Source of the DNA: Tubiluchus corallicola
Lineage: Eukaryota > Animalia > Priapulida
Length of the DNA stretch: 64,000 nt
Assembly: GCA_030141605.1 (NCBI GenBank)
Contig: JAQGDQ010000193.1
Span: 124,001-188,000, forward strand
Direction of reading: 5' to 3'
Positions 26,868 through 39,900 of this stretch are shown here, in pieces. Below the pieces are notes generated by a model. That model ran no database searches. It had not been told where the DNA came from and was given only the letters and a program-made list of their open reading frames with translations. Every line of letters starts with the position of its first letter. The first letter of the stretch is position 1. The position numbers were made by a program, and so were the translations under genes.

Positions 26868-29800
26868 TCAAGTTACCGGATCGGGTACAGATATTTTTAT
26901 GGAGTCAGTTTCCGACTTTATATGGGCAGCCGTCATGTCTAAATCATCCGTGTCGGTTTCTTTCGTCGAGTGTCGTTTGTGAGATGCCGGTTTGGACTTT
27001 TTGCGGAAACTTCGGCTGCCGAAGCTTGAACTGAAAGCGGTATTGATGTTCATATCACTATCCTTCATGGTAAACAATGCGTAGATCTTTGGTGAAAACA
27101 GGCACAGCAGCGCCACAGTGGCGTTGAGGAGAAGCGCCACGGCCAGTAATGTGCTCTTCTGCTTAGACTTTGATGCGGTGAAATACGTTGGAATGAAAGC
27201 CAGCCACATGACGACAGTCGAGTAGACGGTGAAGCTGATGAATTTTGATTCATTGAAGTTATCTGGAAGTTTCCTGGTTTGGAAAGCGTAGTAAGTGCAG
27301 AATATCACGAGAATCGCGTTGAGTACAAGCTGAACTAGTAAAGGCCACGTGGATAATGTGCACGACAACTCAACATATTTCACAGACGGCACCTGAAAGA
27401 ATCAATTCTTGCTCAGTTATATTTTGTGGCAATGTGTTTAATTCACTTAATTTTCTTGTTTTGGTACGTATTATCATATATATGTCATGCCAATTACCGA
27501 ACTGAATACTAACAAACTAACTGAGCAGAAATTATACCTCAATCCACCAACAATTGTAATTGATGAATGTAGAAGGTGGCGCTACCTATTCTTTATCATG
27601 TGTGTGTCTTAGGGACAATCCACATATAACGATACAAAGTTTTCAGCCGATTTCGAGGCTCCACCTACCTTGTGTTATAATGGCATTATCATATACCCCA
27701 CCACCTATCTACCCCTTACATTGATATTGATATCACACCAATGTAGCTCTTTGTGCATTTTATTCTTCCTCTCAAGGATAGGCAACAACATCACAAACAA
27801 ACACACCAAACCGAGATGTCACAGAGTGCAAAGTGGCTGCGCCCTTGTAGACTCATCTTCAGCTGGCATGTACATGTAAAAATTGTGGAGTCAGATAACG
27901 ATATCTTGACTAAATCACCTACCTACTTTGCATTATAATGGCGTTATCACGTCTCCTGCCACCTACCTACCCTAAACTTGATATCTTTATATAAGTGGAA
28001 GGCCACTTATTATCAAGGAAAGCAAGGGCACAGAGTAATTCAATAATTACAGTTTTATAGTCATATGGCAACTTGCTGCAGGCTACAGAGCTTCAGCTAG
28101 GGAATATATTATAATTTAACCAAATGAACACCAATGAATGGCTACTTACGTCCATTAGAAGTTCCACTGTTGGAGAGAAGATTAACATCAATATTAAGCT
28201 GCACAATACCTGTAACATTCAAACAACCTTATTATAATTCAACATGACTTGCTAGTCGCTAGTCAATGAACTTCTGCTGTGAAACTTAAAAAAATTAATT
28301 TGCAAAAGGGCCAGAAGTAATTTTCCTTATTTGAAATAACTGACGACTTGTATGTGGCAGATAATTTTTGTGCCGTATGTCAGGAAATGATTGCTTCCCA
28401 CTGTACAGAGGAAACCAAAAAGAATAGGTAAAAATTGTTAAAACCAAGAAAGGTAACATTTAATTTTGAGTACCCCGAAAGAATAAGAACACTTTTACAG
28501 TATTAATATCTAGTAGGGTATGATTCATTGGTTTCTGAATGGCAATGGTGTCAGCATTTTTTCCAGAATTTTGCTGATTATTGATTTCTGACAATAAGTG
28601 GAGAGAAATTTTAAAAACACGTGAAACATGAAACACTATACTGATTAAAATTTTTAAAATATGTTTATATCTACTTGTGATAAGTCTTAAGTGTAGCCCG
28701 GCTATTATTCCTGACACCCTGCACATTCACTAATTTGACTATGTTCACGAATGAGCAAAGACGCCTGATTTTTTCACAGATATAGCATCCCATTTACTCC
28801 TCTAATCAATGAAATGAATAATGATGTTACCTGGAATGACAACATTATAGCTGCGATGACGACTTGTGAATGTGACGACACGAACCTTGGCCGTCTCCTC
28901 GTCCTCACTCCGGCTTCAAAAATTCTATAGATGCGGTTTGTGCGGATTAGCAAAGGTGCATAAATTAGGGCAAAGGAAAGCGGAAATGCAAAATAGTTTA
29001 TGTAGCAGAGAAACACTGTAGGTGGAGCCACTAGGCTTGGACTTGACAAAAATGAAGTCAACACTCCTGCAAGCATTATGAAACTCAGTTCTCGACTGCA
29101 TGCTTTGATCAGCCGTGCCTCACGGTAACGAATGTAAAAAACTGCTGTGACAATACAGGCCAAAGATCCAAAAGCGGATATAGTGACAACAGCGACAGAT
29201 GCAATATCTGACCATGTCATGTGGTCAGGTGGAATTGGGAGACATATTGTTGCAGTTTTGTCATCCGGCCAAGTATACAGCGGACATGGGACACAATTTG
29301 TACCATTATCTACTACGTGTTCATTTTCTCGGCAACTGCGACACTCCCAACAACACTTTGTCTCCATCTGTATGTAATAGTGTTTAGCAGGGCAAGGCTT
29401 ACTACATACTGATTCAATAAGTTGTCCCTCCGGATGTGATGCTGGCCACTGCAGGCCATCCTGAAGATGTAGTCCTCTTTCCTTTGACCATTCTCCAGCA
29501 TACACCAGTTCACTTTTACCATTTTTGTATTGGTTATTTAAGAACACGAATTTTCCTTTGACATCACCGTTTGCATCAAAAGCCACCTGGCGGTTTGTTA
29601 CTGAGTTAGTAAAGTTCATGCCAACAATGTAATCGCTCAGAGTGAACTGCTCGTAACAACTCCGGAGCCCAAATCGTATGAACTTGCCTTGAGGACAGTT
29701 GTCTCTTATCGAATGTTCAACAGCTCTCGCCATGGCATATGTAGCATCTATAACATTCGCTTCCAGAGAGCAGTAATGAAATGGGCCTTCCACTGGTCCA

Positions 29801-31525
29801 TTCATTCCCAGTGTGGTATCTTTGTCAACTGGACATGGTCTCATATTATCACTGATGTTAAAACTACAGTTCAGTTCCTCTTGCCAAAACTGTCGAAACC
29901 ATGGATTATCCTCGGCAAAAGGTAAACTCAGTGACTCCAGCCACTGATGGTACTTCTCCAGTTCTCCGCCTGCTATCTTTAAACTGTAAAGACCGTGGGC
30001 AACGCTCTCTATCCCACTCCATTCTTTTGTACTTGTACCCCAAGCATCAGGAGCGATGAATATGAAATAGTCTGTGAAATTTGCACGGTGTAATGCTCGC
30101 ATAATTTCGGTACTTTGATGCGTGAAAGCCCAGATCAGGACAACCTTGGCATTCTTGTGGCGTATGAGTTCAGCAGCTATGTTGTCATAATATACATCCG
30201 GCATAGGCTGAACAGCAACTCTTCTGTTAACGGCTAAACAAATTCCCTTTGAATCACAGTACTTCCTGAAAAAAGGAAAAATTCGTTCATATTACTTTAA
30301 TTTATTTTTTTCTAATAAAGACACACAGCTGACACATTTATGACTGTACTGTTACAGTAATTGCAGCACTTCCAATCCAGTAGTAATTCTTTCGCTGCGC
30401 AAGACATAAAAGCAGGATTAAATATCAGTTTCTCAAACATTTCTTTTAAACTCACCCTATTTCCTTAGAAGCGTTGATACCGTACGCATCATCGGCATAA
30501 ATTAGTGAAATATAGCTCCAACCATGGTACAGTAAGAAATCAGCAACGGCTTCCACTTGATATCTATCTGGTAACATGGTTCGAAAATCATGAGGAAATC
30601 TAGAAAAAAACCATTCACAGTTATTTAAGAGCAGGATACATATCAATTTTTGCAAACTCCGTCTTTTTGATTTCATGCAATTCACTAACTGCTTGGCTTC
30701 ATTTGTTAAAAGTTACCGAAAATTGCAGCAGTTTAAAACAAGTTTTTTATTTCAGTGCAACTTACCGTTGTTTATTACTAAGTTCATCTGTAGTGGCTGA
30801 GTAAGATATCATTGGTAAACGATATGGATTTAACAGGTGAGCGGTCAGAGTGGTCACAGAGCTGTAATAACCTCCTATTGCACCAGCAATGGTCGTTTCT
30901 AGAAAAACAAAAACTTGCATAAGTAAACATTTTCTCACAACAAACAAGATTATACTTGGTCAAAGTAATGCGTTTTCACTTGGGCAAAACAATGTGTAGG
31001 TTTTGACTGACTATCATGACTTCCAAAGCTATATATGATCATTTATTTTATTTTTACATTGCTATAAAATTAAATTGAAAATTCAAAATTTCACTTTGTA
31101 ATTCGCTTACTATCCATAACTCGCAAAAACAAGAATGAAATGTATGCAAAGAGCTCACCTCTGTTTGGTAAGAAGTGCACAGCTTGTGAAAGAGCAGTGG
31201 TGTCCTTAGAACAACTGTCGATGATGCTATAACCAAACTTGATATCGGGAAGAAAGTCCGGATCATTGTTGATGCTTTCGATAGCGAAGATTTGCGCCAG
31301 AGCAAACCTCAGTCCGAATCCGCCTAGTCCGAGCTTCACGCCACAAGGTCTGCCGTTGGTGGGGTAGTCGTGAATGGGATGCAAACCTCCGAATATGATG
31401 TCCCCTGACTCTTCCCACCTGAAATCAGCAAGCCCTGGTGGCACACGTATTTCTTTAAATGCAGCTGTGGCTGTGTGAAACCACAACAATGGTAACAACA
31501 GTATTATTAAGTACACATTCAGCAT
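26868..31525 (-). CDS. Class C GPCR (mGluR/CaSR-like), about 887 aa, 6 coding exons
   Basis: Exons 31525-31159, 30898-30766, 30599-30456, 30265-28831, 28209-28150, 27392-26868; 2664 nt, phases consistent. Signal peptide; Venus flytrap (GDIIFGGLHPIH, FAIESINNDPDFLPDIKFG, ISYSAT, NPWFRQFW); cysteine-rich domain (SVCSKPC, CCWECRSC); 7TM (IKACSRELS, RTNRIYRIF, TRKLPDNFNESKFI, LFSPKIY). Confidence 0.95.
27661..27986 (+). repeat. Two diverged copies of a roughly 70-bp sequence in GPCR intron 5
   Basis: cacctacc...ttataatggc(a/g)ttatca...ccaccta(t/c)ctaccc...ttgatat at about 27661-27728 and 27916-27985. Confidence 0.6.
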
Positions 31526-31898
31526 GTTCAATATGTCATTAACTTAGTATCAAGCAATTCTCTACTGGCATCATGTGGTTCATCTAATACTATGATGAAA
31601 TGATGACCTTTTCTTACAACTGGACATTTATATGAATGTAATACGTCACAACCAGGAACTAACGCACATGGCTGGCTTACCTGGATATTATCGCGCCAGT
31701 GTGACTTCCTGTTATTTTTACGACACCAGGATACAACTGTCGCCAAATATAGCCTCCCCTTTGATGTCAGAGAATGTCCATATTTCCTGTTAAAAGCTGC
31801 TCCGCAGAAATGGTAGTCAATGCCTTGTGCAACATTGAAATTTTTTAATACTAATTTTTTTTTATTATTTGAAACAATATGTGCTAGAGTTGAATGTA

Positions 31899-32086
31899 TA
31901 GTCAAACCTCATTATAATGTCCCACTTTATAATTCCAACCTCGCTTAATGCCCAAATGTTTAGCACGCAAAATATCAATATTTGCATAGACATGCATGTA
32001 TTAACGCACGTCGTTATAATGTCAAACTCGCCATAATGCTAACTCTTTTGCAGTCCCGAAGTACGTGGTATAAAGAGGTTTGGCTG
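31899..32086. mobile_element. pogo/Tigger-like (Tc1-mariner) MITE, about 188 bp
   Basis: Inverted termini tagtcaaacctcattata...tataaagaggtttggctg match the CAGTCAAACCTC type. TA on the left flank. Internal ttataatgtc repeats. Confidence 0.75.
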
Positions 32087-33970
32087 CATATCAACAAAAA
32101 ATACTCATGTAACCATTGATACAGTGCTCATAATAGTATTATGATAAATTTTTACTTGTATGTATATTGTATAAGTGCACTACACGTTGTCACCAGTTGT
32201 CTCTATTGCACTTGAAATTTTACGAAAAGTTTCGCAATTTTCAGATTTCCGTAAGATCGTTTCCTGTACACGAAAACTCTTACACAGTATTGTCCACTCA
32301 CTTCCCCTCAATTGCCAGGCAATTAATATGAACAGGAACTGTTGCAGACCAGATCAAATGAGTCATGCAGAAGAACATGGTACACTCCCAACAACTTGCT
32401 GGAATGTTATGATGTTCTAGCTTCTTAACTGCTATCTAAATGCTACTCAGCTGCTGCGTTAAAATGTTTTGTTTTTTGAATTTCAAGATTTTAACAGGTT
32501 GAAAGAGAACTAGAGTTTGAGAAATATACCAATGTCCATAAAAAACAGAATTGCCATGTTGAAGTTCGGAATAATATTAAATGACATTTTTATTAAACGA
32601 GCTAAAACAGAAATCAATTGAACAATAATAAAAGCAACAGATACTAGTATGAAATTATTATAAAAAGTTATAAATACGTAAATGCAAAAGATCACATTTA
32701 GCTAATTAAACGTATTAGTAAATGAACAGAAATTAATGCAAAAATATGGTGCCAGCAATGAGAACATTCCCTGCTGTCGCATAAATAAAACACACGCTTG
32801 AAATAATTGCTTTGAAGGAACTGCCGGTATTAGCATTTTACTCTCGGCCTAGGCCATTTTACATTTATAGTATGACCCCTTTCTTAAACTTTTCAGGCAT
32901 CTTGTACGATAGCAATGCATTTCAATCAGGGATCTCTCAGCCATCATGCAAATGTCAACCTAGATTCCTTAGTTTAATGCTCTGTTGCTTTATTTGCTAT
33001 TTAAGCGCATGGGACAAACTGCTGGTGCAGAATTCTCCATAAAGAACTCTAACTTGTACACCAAGTGTGTAACAACAGTCAACAACAATAAAAGGAATAA
33101 TTTTATTTATCCTGACTACATTATTCTGAAAAAATGAACGGGAAGTAAAGCATACTTACTGTGCACAATACCTTTGCAGGTATTTTTTATTCAGTCGTTT
33201 ATCCAACAAATTATATTTATCTTTACATAAAGTTACTTTTGTGTATGCAGTGAGGCTCCTTTTTTTAAAAACAGTCAAAGCCAGCTGGCAATTTTCAACT
33301 TTTAAATTGATATAACTCTTTTATAAATAAATTACGCTCATTAAATTATCGAATTTAAAAATATAAACACGTAACTTTGAAAATGTTCAATAAACAGGTC
33401 GGTCAATACCAATCTCTGTGCTCATCCATCTAATCGTATGTACAAATATTTACAAATGAAAAAGTGGTAAATAACACACATATATATATATATACTTATT
33501 ATAACATTACAAAAACCGTATATTACACATATATATACACCGAAGGCCAATGAAAGTATACATATCGGAACTGAACACTACACAAAAGTCTAATTTAAAC
33601 ATGCATCTCAATATTAATTTAATCCTGTTAGAAAATATTTGCCAATTTATTGATGCTTTATGTAAGTTATGCACAAAAACAAAAAACAAAACCAACAACA
33701 GCAAAAACAAATCTGATTGAAGTATTAAAAAACAGAACAAAAAACTGAGCTAAGTATAATCACTTTCCTCAGTTATAAACTTTTACTTCATTAAATCTGT
33801 GATAGTAGACTGAAATACATACTAGCCAATTGCATACTTGACTAGCCATTAATTTTTTGAACTTTGGTGCATCGTTAATTCATTGTTACAAGTCTCATGC
33901 ACAAATTGAATATTTAATCAGTGGTGTTTAGCATTAAAGAACGGTGAAACTGATGTCTGACTATCTGCTG

Positions 33971-36900
33971 TTATTGACTACCTTCTGTCTCTAACAGAAA
34001 CTTTTCAAATGCCCTCTGCATTTCTTCATCCATACCATCATCGTATGTGGAATCGTGCATCATACTGCAGACATACAAACAATTACTTTTACAACCAAAT
34101 GTCAACCTTCACCTATTAGTTAAATACTTATCTTATATGCCATAGACGGGGACAAACTGCTGATGCAGTTTATTCAAAAAAACTGTACGCTAATTCACAA
34201 CTCAATTATGAACTCTTAATTTACGCATCATTGTAGCTGAAGAAATGTTGAAGCTATGAGAACACATGCCTTGGTTCAAATCTTAAAAACGAGAATTTTT
34301 AAGTAACATGTTTCAGATTAAATTATTAAATGTTGCCCACTAAGTAGCATTACATACTCTTGCAATCACTAGGTTAACATGAAAATCATGTACCTGTACT
34401 GGTAATCCGAATTGTCATCATCAGTGGAATAAGGTACGTAATCACCAAACTCGTTATCGAAGTAGTAGCCCATCTGTTCTATTGGTATAGGGTTACCTTC
34501 GGGCGAGTAAAAAACCGGAACACTCTAATAACATAAAAACTTCATGCAAACAACTCCCATCCAATAAAATTCACCTGCCTTGCTGCAAATGAAACATAAT
34601 AATAACTTGAGATAATGCACCATTATTATTTGAATAGCGTTTTACACAAAAATGTCGATTATCAAAATTTGAGATCAGAAACAATAACTAGTCAGTGTTA
34701 CCAGTTAACGCAAAGTCAAAATGTCAGTGTAACTTTTGCATATTTTGTGTTCTTGTTTGGCTTTAGACATGAAATTTGAATACTGTGAATTTTAAGTATC
34801 AATGTGAGATATCTCAATCGACTAAAAACACAAATATGTAAAATCTGCTGCATTTATCAATAATGGCAACTATCACTTGTAAACAAATTTTTTCCAATGC
34901 AGGTAGTTTCAGCAAACAGAATGGTTTTGTCACTTAATAAAAATCTACGTTTCAGTTTATTGAAAGTTCACAAACTTCACAACAGAACTGCCATGTTTCT
35001 ACTGCAATTTAGTGAACTAACAAAGCTGATTACGCTTAATCATTGGTTTTTAGACAACTTGATGTAAAATAATGAAAGCAATGAGCGAGCACTAATTAAG
35101 TGGGCAGTCTCTGACATGTGACATAGTCAATTTCCAGGATTACTACATAAAACTGGAAAGTTTGCAAGTAATAGCAATGGAAAATGAACTCACAGAAAAC
35201 TGGGACACTGGGTCGAGACTATTAGAATCTCCCTTCATCATCATCACATTCGTGAACTGACCCCAATTTGAAGCCTTCAGTTCTATCACTTCCATGAGCA
35301 TACTCTTAATGGATCTGCAAAGTAAGAACAAGAGAATAACACATGCATTTTCAAAATTGTTACTTGTACTTTCACAACACGGTATGGCATGGACATAGTA
35401 TTTTTTCACTAAAACGTTTTCACAAAACTTACTTTGATACTCCATTGTCTATGGTAAGTTCCTTGAGTTGGTCGAAAATTGTTTGTAAGGTAATTTGGCC
35501 TGGTAATCTTGAAGGTCCACTTTCTTGCTGTGTTATTTCTAGCAGAGCACCTGCCATCTAGTGATGAGAAAGTGGAATTATTTTAATTAGGCTAACACAT
35601 ACATCGTACAGACATTCAAAATTCTCGCTTAGGCAGCAGTTTCTAGTATTTGCTACGTTTACAAGCACTTTATTGCATTGTAAATGTACATATTACAGCA
35701 ATGCAAAAGACAGAATAATAGGAACTAAAAAACATTGAAAGAAAAGAGATAAGCTGTCTGGAAAGTCAGGCTTATTTCAGTGTTCGTGAAAAATGTTACA
35801 AAGACAGCAATAAAGTTGTGATAACACAATAGTATCATACTTAAAGCGTTCCCATTTTGACTGACCATTTTCTACCAATGACATGATTTGTCGACTGAAG
35901 AAAAGCAGTGCACTATCAATTTCTGTTGAAAGGTACAAAACGTTTTTACAAAAAAATTAGTTGACAGCGACACATGCTTGCAAAAAGCCACAAAGTCAAG
36001 CTAGTGATATCATAATTTTCAAGTGTAAGGCGATTACTATCTTGTCCGAAAGCTCCTAACACAGAAATTAACATTTGCTTTTACACAACTTTTTTTGCAA
36101 ATTTCTTTTTCATATTTTTCAAAGTTCAAGTTACAGCAGTAAAATAAATTAAATATGTTAAATGGCGCCTTTTCCTTTAATAAAATGAAACAGTCAATAA
36201 CTCGGAAGTTAAAACAGCAGTTGCTGAATCACAGCAGCAATACACATGCATTTTAAGGAAATTTATGCAAACTCACAACATTTAGGAAGGAAATTCTTTT
36301 GCACAAAAAAATACCTTGAACAACTGAGCAACACACTTCAAGTTTCCATCACTGGGATTGTCTACTAAAGTCTTTATCACCTCCAGGATTTTTGAAAAGA
36401 ATAGTTCCCGAAGAATCTGTGAAAAAAATCAAGTAATTTGCTTCTAGTACTTTCATTTTAAGTAACTAACGAAATGTGCATAATGAATGAATGATTAAGG
36501 AACTAATGAATGAACTAACTAGTGAACTAACTAATTCATTAAGTAATGAATGATAAGTAATACTGTACATATTACAATTTTTATTATGAAATATCACACA
36601 AACCTCCATCTGCATAAACAGTTCTCCCATAAACATCAATAATCCCTGCAATTTATTTTCATCACTTGATACTATTTCCAGTCTGTCTAGATGCAGTTCT
36701 TTTAACCTAGAAAGTGCAACACATTGAGCAGGTGAGTATTTTCTGCTCCATTCATGGCAAAGTATAGAAAACACAAAAAATGCATTTACCAAAGACTTTA
36801 TCAACATAAGATAAATTATAAGAAACATACTCAGTTGAACAAACTAAATGAACAGAGTAAACTATTTCTAATGACTAACCTGTCTAGCATCACTTTCCTA

Positions 36901-39900
36901 AACACATTATCACTCTTTGAATGTTTAACTTTTGTTTGCAGGTTTTCGGACAGGTAGTTACATAGTCTTGCTCCTGAGTAGGTGAAATTAGGTTCTAATA
37001 AAGCCTGCAATGTGCAAACAATAATGTCTTAATATCAGTAACATCAGTTTTTCGTAAAATTTAAATGAAAAGAACCAGTTGAAATATTTTTATTATACAC
37101 AGCGGTCAAATAAGGCACAGGTTTACAATGTTGCTGTCTTTCACTGTGCATATTCACAAAGTCAAGCCTCAAAATGTGTTCCAGAATGAAAAACCCAGGC
37201 CTTCTGGTTGGATAGCTGACTACATTGCCATAATAAACCAGTGCAGTGAAAGGAAATGATTTCACTGTTGTGCTTCTCTTGGCTGGTTTTTTATTATCAC
37301 TCCAAGATTTTGACTGTATGACTGTTAACTCACGTTTTTTATAAAAATACTGCTGCACACTACTAATGCACCACATACACTTTTTTCGGCGCCCATGATA
37401 ACACATAAGCTGACAATAGTCAGGTGGAGATACAGTCAACTTGAGGTTTTTGCTCCTGTGACTTTAACCAGATAACCTTTGGCCCAGATTATTTCGTCAC
37501 AGTTCAACTACTTCTTGGTGGCTATACAGTCAACTTGAGAATTTCGCTCCTGTGACTTTAACCAGATAACCTTTGACCTAGATTATTTCGTCATAGTTCA
37601 ACTACTTCTTGGTGGATATACAGTCAACTTGAGATGTTTGCTCCTGTGACTTTAACCAGATAACCCTTGGCCCAGATTATTTCATCACAGTTCAACTACT
37701 TCTTAGTGGATATACAGTCAACTTGAGGTTTTTGCTCCTGAGACTTTAACCAGATAACTTTTGGCCTAGATTATTTCGTCACAGTTCAACTACTTCTTGG
37801 TGGATATACAGTCAACTTGAGAATTTCGCTCCTGTGACTTTAACCAGATAACCTTTGACCTAGATTATTTCGTCATAGTTCAACTACTTCTTGGTGGATA
37901 TACAGTTAACTTGAGATGTTTGCCCCTGTGACCTTAACCAGATAACCTTTGACCTAAATTATTTCGTCATAGTTCAACTACTTCTTGGTGGATATACAGT
38001 CAACTTGAGGTTTTTGCTCCTGAGACTTTAACCAGATAACTTTTGGCCTAGATTATTTCATCACAGTTCAACTACTTCTTGGTGGATATATAGTCAACTT
38101 GAGATGTTTGCTCCTGTGACCTTAACCAGATAACCTTTGGCCTAGATTATTTTGACACAGTTCAACTACTTCTCCTCAGAAACTAGGATTTAATAAGTAG
38201 TGTGGCTGGTGCATTATAGGAAGTTGAAACGACTACTAAGTCACATACCAAATCTTACACAGGTAGCATGAAGTTCTGGAAATAGCGAGCGAATGAAGAA
38301 TTTGAGCAATTTATCACAGGTCAAAATTCACTGACCACTGAATGGCCATCTCATTTTAAGACGAGTCATTATATGGTGACTAGCTAACAATAAGACATAC
38401 CTAACTATTCTTACCTGCTCAATTATGACATTAACGCAGGCAGAAAGCACATCAATTGAATCTACACTATTCAACGACTCCATAAGAGGATTGATATAAT
38501 CGTAGAAAAATCCCGGACTCGTTGTTAGCTTTAGGACTGCGTCGTACATCTGCTCAACCTCAGTAGCAGTGGTATTTGCAAATGTACAATCTGTATTCTG
38601 AAAGACAAGCATAAAAAATATGCGTAAAATGTAAAAGCTCGCCATTGACACTTGTACAATCATATAACTGAGGAAAAATTACGTTAGAATGACCGAAACG
38701 TACATGTTATGATAGTTATGCCATCTAATACTTGCCTCACTGCATATGAATAATCAGTTTACATTACATAATCAGAATGAACTGACTAAGGTCCTTATCA
38801 AACTGTATAAGGGACCAAATTGAGGCCTAGATGCAGTATGTAAACAGCTAGTCAGTACATGAAACAGTCTGATGCCTGGTTTATAGCTGTTCTGTTTTTG
38901 TGTACGTTGACATACCACATAAAAAGTCATTATCAAAAGTAGATGTCCCTTTTACATAAAAAAGTCATTTCTAAACGTTGATGTCTACAGCTCATAGGAG
39001 TCTCTGTTTCTTTACATTGTAAAATTCTATTCCTAGGGTCAAATTTGTGCGTTGCTGGTTACATCGGAATCAGATTGGGTTTTAGTGTGATGGGACTTAG
39101 TCAACGCATCCAATTCAATTATTGTCATGACAGTCAAGTATAATAAACAATTTTCCCATCGCCTCTGTTGTTACAAGGTGATGTGTCCACTCTGAGGTGT
39201 AAAAACTATGGACAGCAGCACCAACAGGTGTAGAATGTGGATTTTTTTATGTGATTTGTACAGACTGTATAAATTTTAGGTCTTGTTTAATGGTGAGTAA
39301 CCAGTTTTTGGAGTAACGGCGAATTGACAGGGGTTTTAGAGTTTTGCTTTTTTGTGGAAGCCCATGTGTTGAAACTCATATGCTGAGCTACATGTTTTAA
39401 AGCAAAATGGATTAAATAGAAACCAGGTATTAAATATCAATACTTGTCACTCTACCATTTATGCAAGTACATGCACTTTCTTGCATTATAGCGCTTCAAA
39501 TTTCAATTCCCCACACACAAGAAAATAATTCCAGAAGCAGATTAGGATTAGAATTAGGATTAGTGTTATGGTTAGGGTTGGGGTTAGGGTATTTAAATTG
39601 TGTGGTGAATTGTAAACTCCTTCCTCAATTTTAAACAATGCCAACTAACATGAAGTTAAACTTCTGTCACTGTTTAAATGAAAATGCATTAGAGAACTAA
39701 GCTTATCATAATCATGTTGTTAAAGCAAAACTAGAAAACTTACCACAGCCGCCGTTGAAGCAGCTGAATTCATTTGCATGTATGAAGGTACAAACTCCTT
39801 GGCATCTACACTCAATTCGTACTTCTTTGTGGACGTTGGTGTCGGCGACACGTCACCAGAGCCTCCAGTGTCAGAAACTTCAGGCGCCACTTTCCCTGCC

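Noticed and set aside
19626-29925. Short ORFs antisense to the IR, DNAJC21 exon 9 and the GPCR (e.g. 19626..19832, 22654..22950, 29147..29412)
   Set aside because: Shadow ORFs of real coding exons on the opposite strand.
37422-38173. CRISPR-like array
   Set aside because: Units are contiguous near-identical 94-mers with no unique spacers, there are no cas genes, and the context is a eukaryotic intron.
39541-39590. True interstitial telomere or chromosome fusion site
   Set aside because: Short and highly degenerate. Such tracts are common inside invertebrate non-autonomous DNA elements.
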